From the NCBI GenBank assembly GCA_964247055.1, contig OZ176054.1, positions 2,852,001-2,916,000 of the forward strand: a DNA stretch of 64,000 bases, given 5' to 3'. The DNA is from Paragordius varius (Eukaryota > Animalia > Nematomorpha). The translations under genes and the position numbers were made by a program. The notes below the pieces were generated by a model. The model worked only from the letters and a program-made list of their open reading frames with translations, did no database searches and was not told the origin of the DNA. Positions 62,261 to 64,000 of this stretch are shown here, piece by piece. Numbering within the stretch: the first letter of the stretch is position 1; each line of letters opens with the position of its first letter.

Positions 62261-63680
62261 CTATATAGTGAATACATGTAATTTACGCTTTGTTGTAATT
62301 AATACAGTATAATCATAATAACAAGCATAATTATCGTATAAAGATGTATCACTGGAGAATATATCGTCGGTGAAATATGTCCCTTTCAAATCTTTAGATT
62401 GAATTTCGGAATTGAGAGGAGATTGGCAGTGTGGCAGTATTTCATGAGTTTTTTGGAAGCATACCTCTAAATATTGAATTTGATCATTTACGTTTTTCAA
62501 ACTATATGTATATATTAGTGTATGCGCCCCAAGTAATAAAGACCGAGTTTCGGGGTCTCTTAAATTATCCAAATTTTTCTGTAAACATAATTGAGCAAAT
62601 GATATGAGATGAATTTCAACCCGTTTTACCGATTCAATACCCAAAATTACGGCATCCCCACACATTGCGATGGCTACTGGCCTAAAATTCGTTTTAAGTT
62701 TTAAATAATTAGAATGAAATTCCTTGGTCGCACTAATATGAGACAAAATTTGATTTGAATGATGACATTCTAAGCTTTTGATATGGGTGCTTCCTTCTGA
62801 ATTTAAGTTAGTTTTGAAAAAAGTATTTAATATTTTATTTTTCACCATGCGACACATATAAATGTCAAATTCAAAAACTTGTCCATTCAAGGTTGATGAT
62901 GAAAACGCAACAACCAACTTTTTATCTTTCAGATACATAACCGTGGAACCTCTTGATACAAAATTTTTGATTCGATGATATATGGGTAGGTGGAAATAAA
63001 AGATAAGATCATCAAATGCTATACCCAAATTGATGGTTTGTTTGCAAATGCGTTGTTTTAAGCACCAAAATTTAGCCTCTCCATCCAAAGAGAATGTCGT
63101 AAGTACATCATTCCAAATCCTTATGTGAAGCATGAGTTTAGAATCGGCTAAAGCAAAGAGTTGTTTTACCTTATGATTTCGAGAGTTGCCTTTAGATGTG
63201 CTGCGTTTGATTGCGGGCACATCGGCTATCGGTTTCGCACACTTTTTTAATGGTTCATGGTGAGAATTTTGTTTTTGAGTAGGCTTATACCATTTCCAAA
63301 CGGTAACCCTGTGATTTGATCCATCTGTCACGATAATATCTTTCCAAACACCCATGGATTTTGGGAAATTATTTGCACCAAAACCATATATTTTTTGACT
63401 GTTTAGGTGTAGAACTGGGTAACATGATTTTGTTTTGTTATAACTAGATGAGGTGGTAAGCGTATGGTAATAAACTGCTTCACGGGAGGATAAACTTAAA
63501 AAATGTGATACATTGTTGTTTTGGATGTTAAATGTGGGGGACATGTCTTCTAACAAACAAATATCTACTATAGCACATTTTCCAAGAACAAATTTAGCTA
63601 AAGGTTTGGGTGGTTTTGTCTTGAATAAGCCTACTTTTTCATATACATTTTGATATGTGTTAGATGAATGGATGAAACAT
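62261..63680 (-). CDS. Terminal exon of a WD40/beta-propeller-like protein; upstream exons unresolved or outside the window
   Basis: The frame is open from an acceptor at 63681 (CAAATTAG|) to TAG at 62261 (~470 codons). WD-like signatures: IIVTDGSNHRVTVWKW and VLTTFSLDGEAKFWCLKQRICKQT. Confidence 0.6.
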
Positions 63681-64000
63681 CTAATTTGGTCCGATATATC
63701 CCAAATTAATATGAAACCTATGTTAATAAAATATTAATTTTTTAAAATATCAACGGGTATAAAAGGCGTGATGGTAAAGTAGGTAAGGGTCCTGAACCCT
63801 TACACTGCGTGACGAAACCTGAAACCACGCAATTTTTTCATCATCTCTGTCTGCCCTGGATAGGTGAGTGTAAAGCCTTCACGGGTCCGGATACAATTTA
63901 AGTCCTTACCCTTAAATAAAAAAAAAGGAAAAAAAGACTCTAAACTGTATGTTTTAAGATTATAATATCAAATATTAAAAGCATCCTAGCTTTTACTGAA

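Overview
Very AT-rich (roughly three-quarters A+T by eye), intron-rich invertebrate animal DNA; the taxon cannot be fixed from sequence alone. Manual splicing of the six-frame fragments gives about ten protein genes. In order: a 3'-partial rhodopsin-type GPCR (-), a greatly expanded PTEN (+, 9 exons, 1154 aa), a secretin-family CRF/DH44-receptor-like GPCR (-, 10 exons, 600 aa), biotin-protein ligase (-), an orphan multipass membrane protein (+), a secreted serpin (+, 401 aa), canonical Ras (-, 7 exons, 189 aa), an NRF-6-type acyltransferase (+, 1025 aa), a divergent peptide-receptor-like GPCR (-, 603 aa) and a 5'-partial WD40-like gene (-). Between and inside the genes are a full-length but dead hAT transposon with intact TIRs and TSD, several MITEs and simple repeats. 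No tRNA, rRNA or CRISPR was found. The strongest surprises are: (1) a class of ultra-short GT-AG introns (33 nt in Ras, which homology makes unavoidable; 23, 25 and possibly 29 nt in the biotin ligase) coexisting with a 64-111 nt class and kb-long TE-filled introns; (2) a class B1 GPCR that appears to lack its hormone-binding ectodomain and has altered two residues of the intracellular polar lock; (3) Ras and the NRF-6-like gene head-to-head with only 67 nt between start codons; (4) altered signature residues in several proteins (AT3 His>Asn, non-inhibitory serpin hinge, BPL glycine loop). All gene models are hand-built and lack transcript support.
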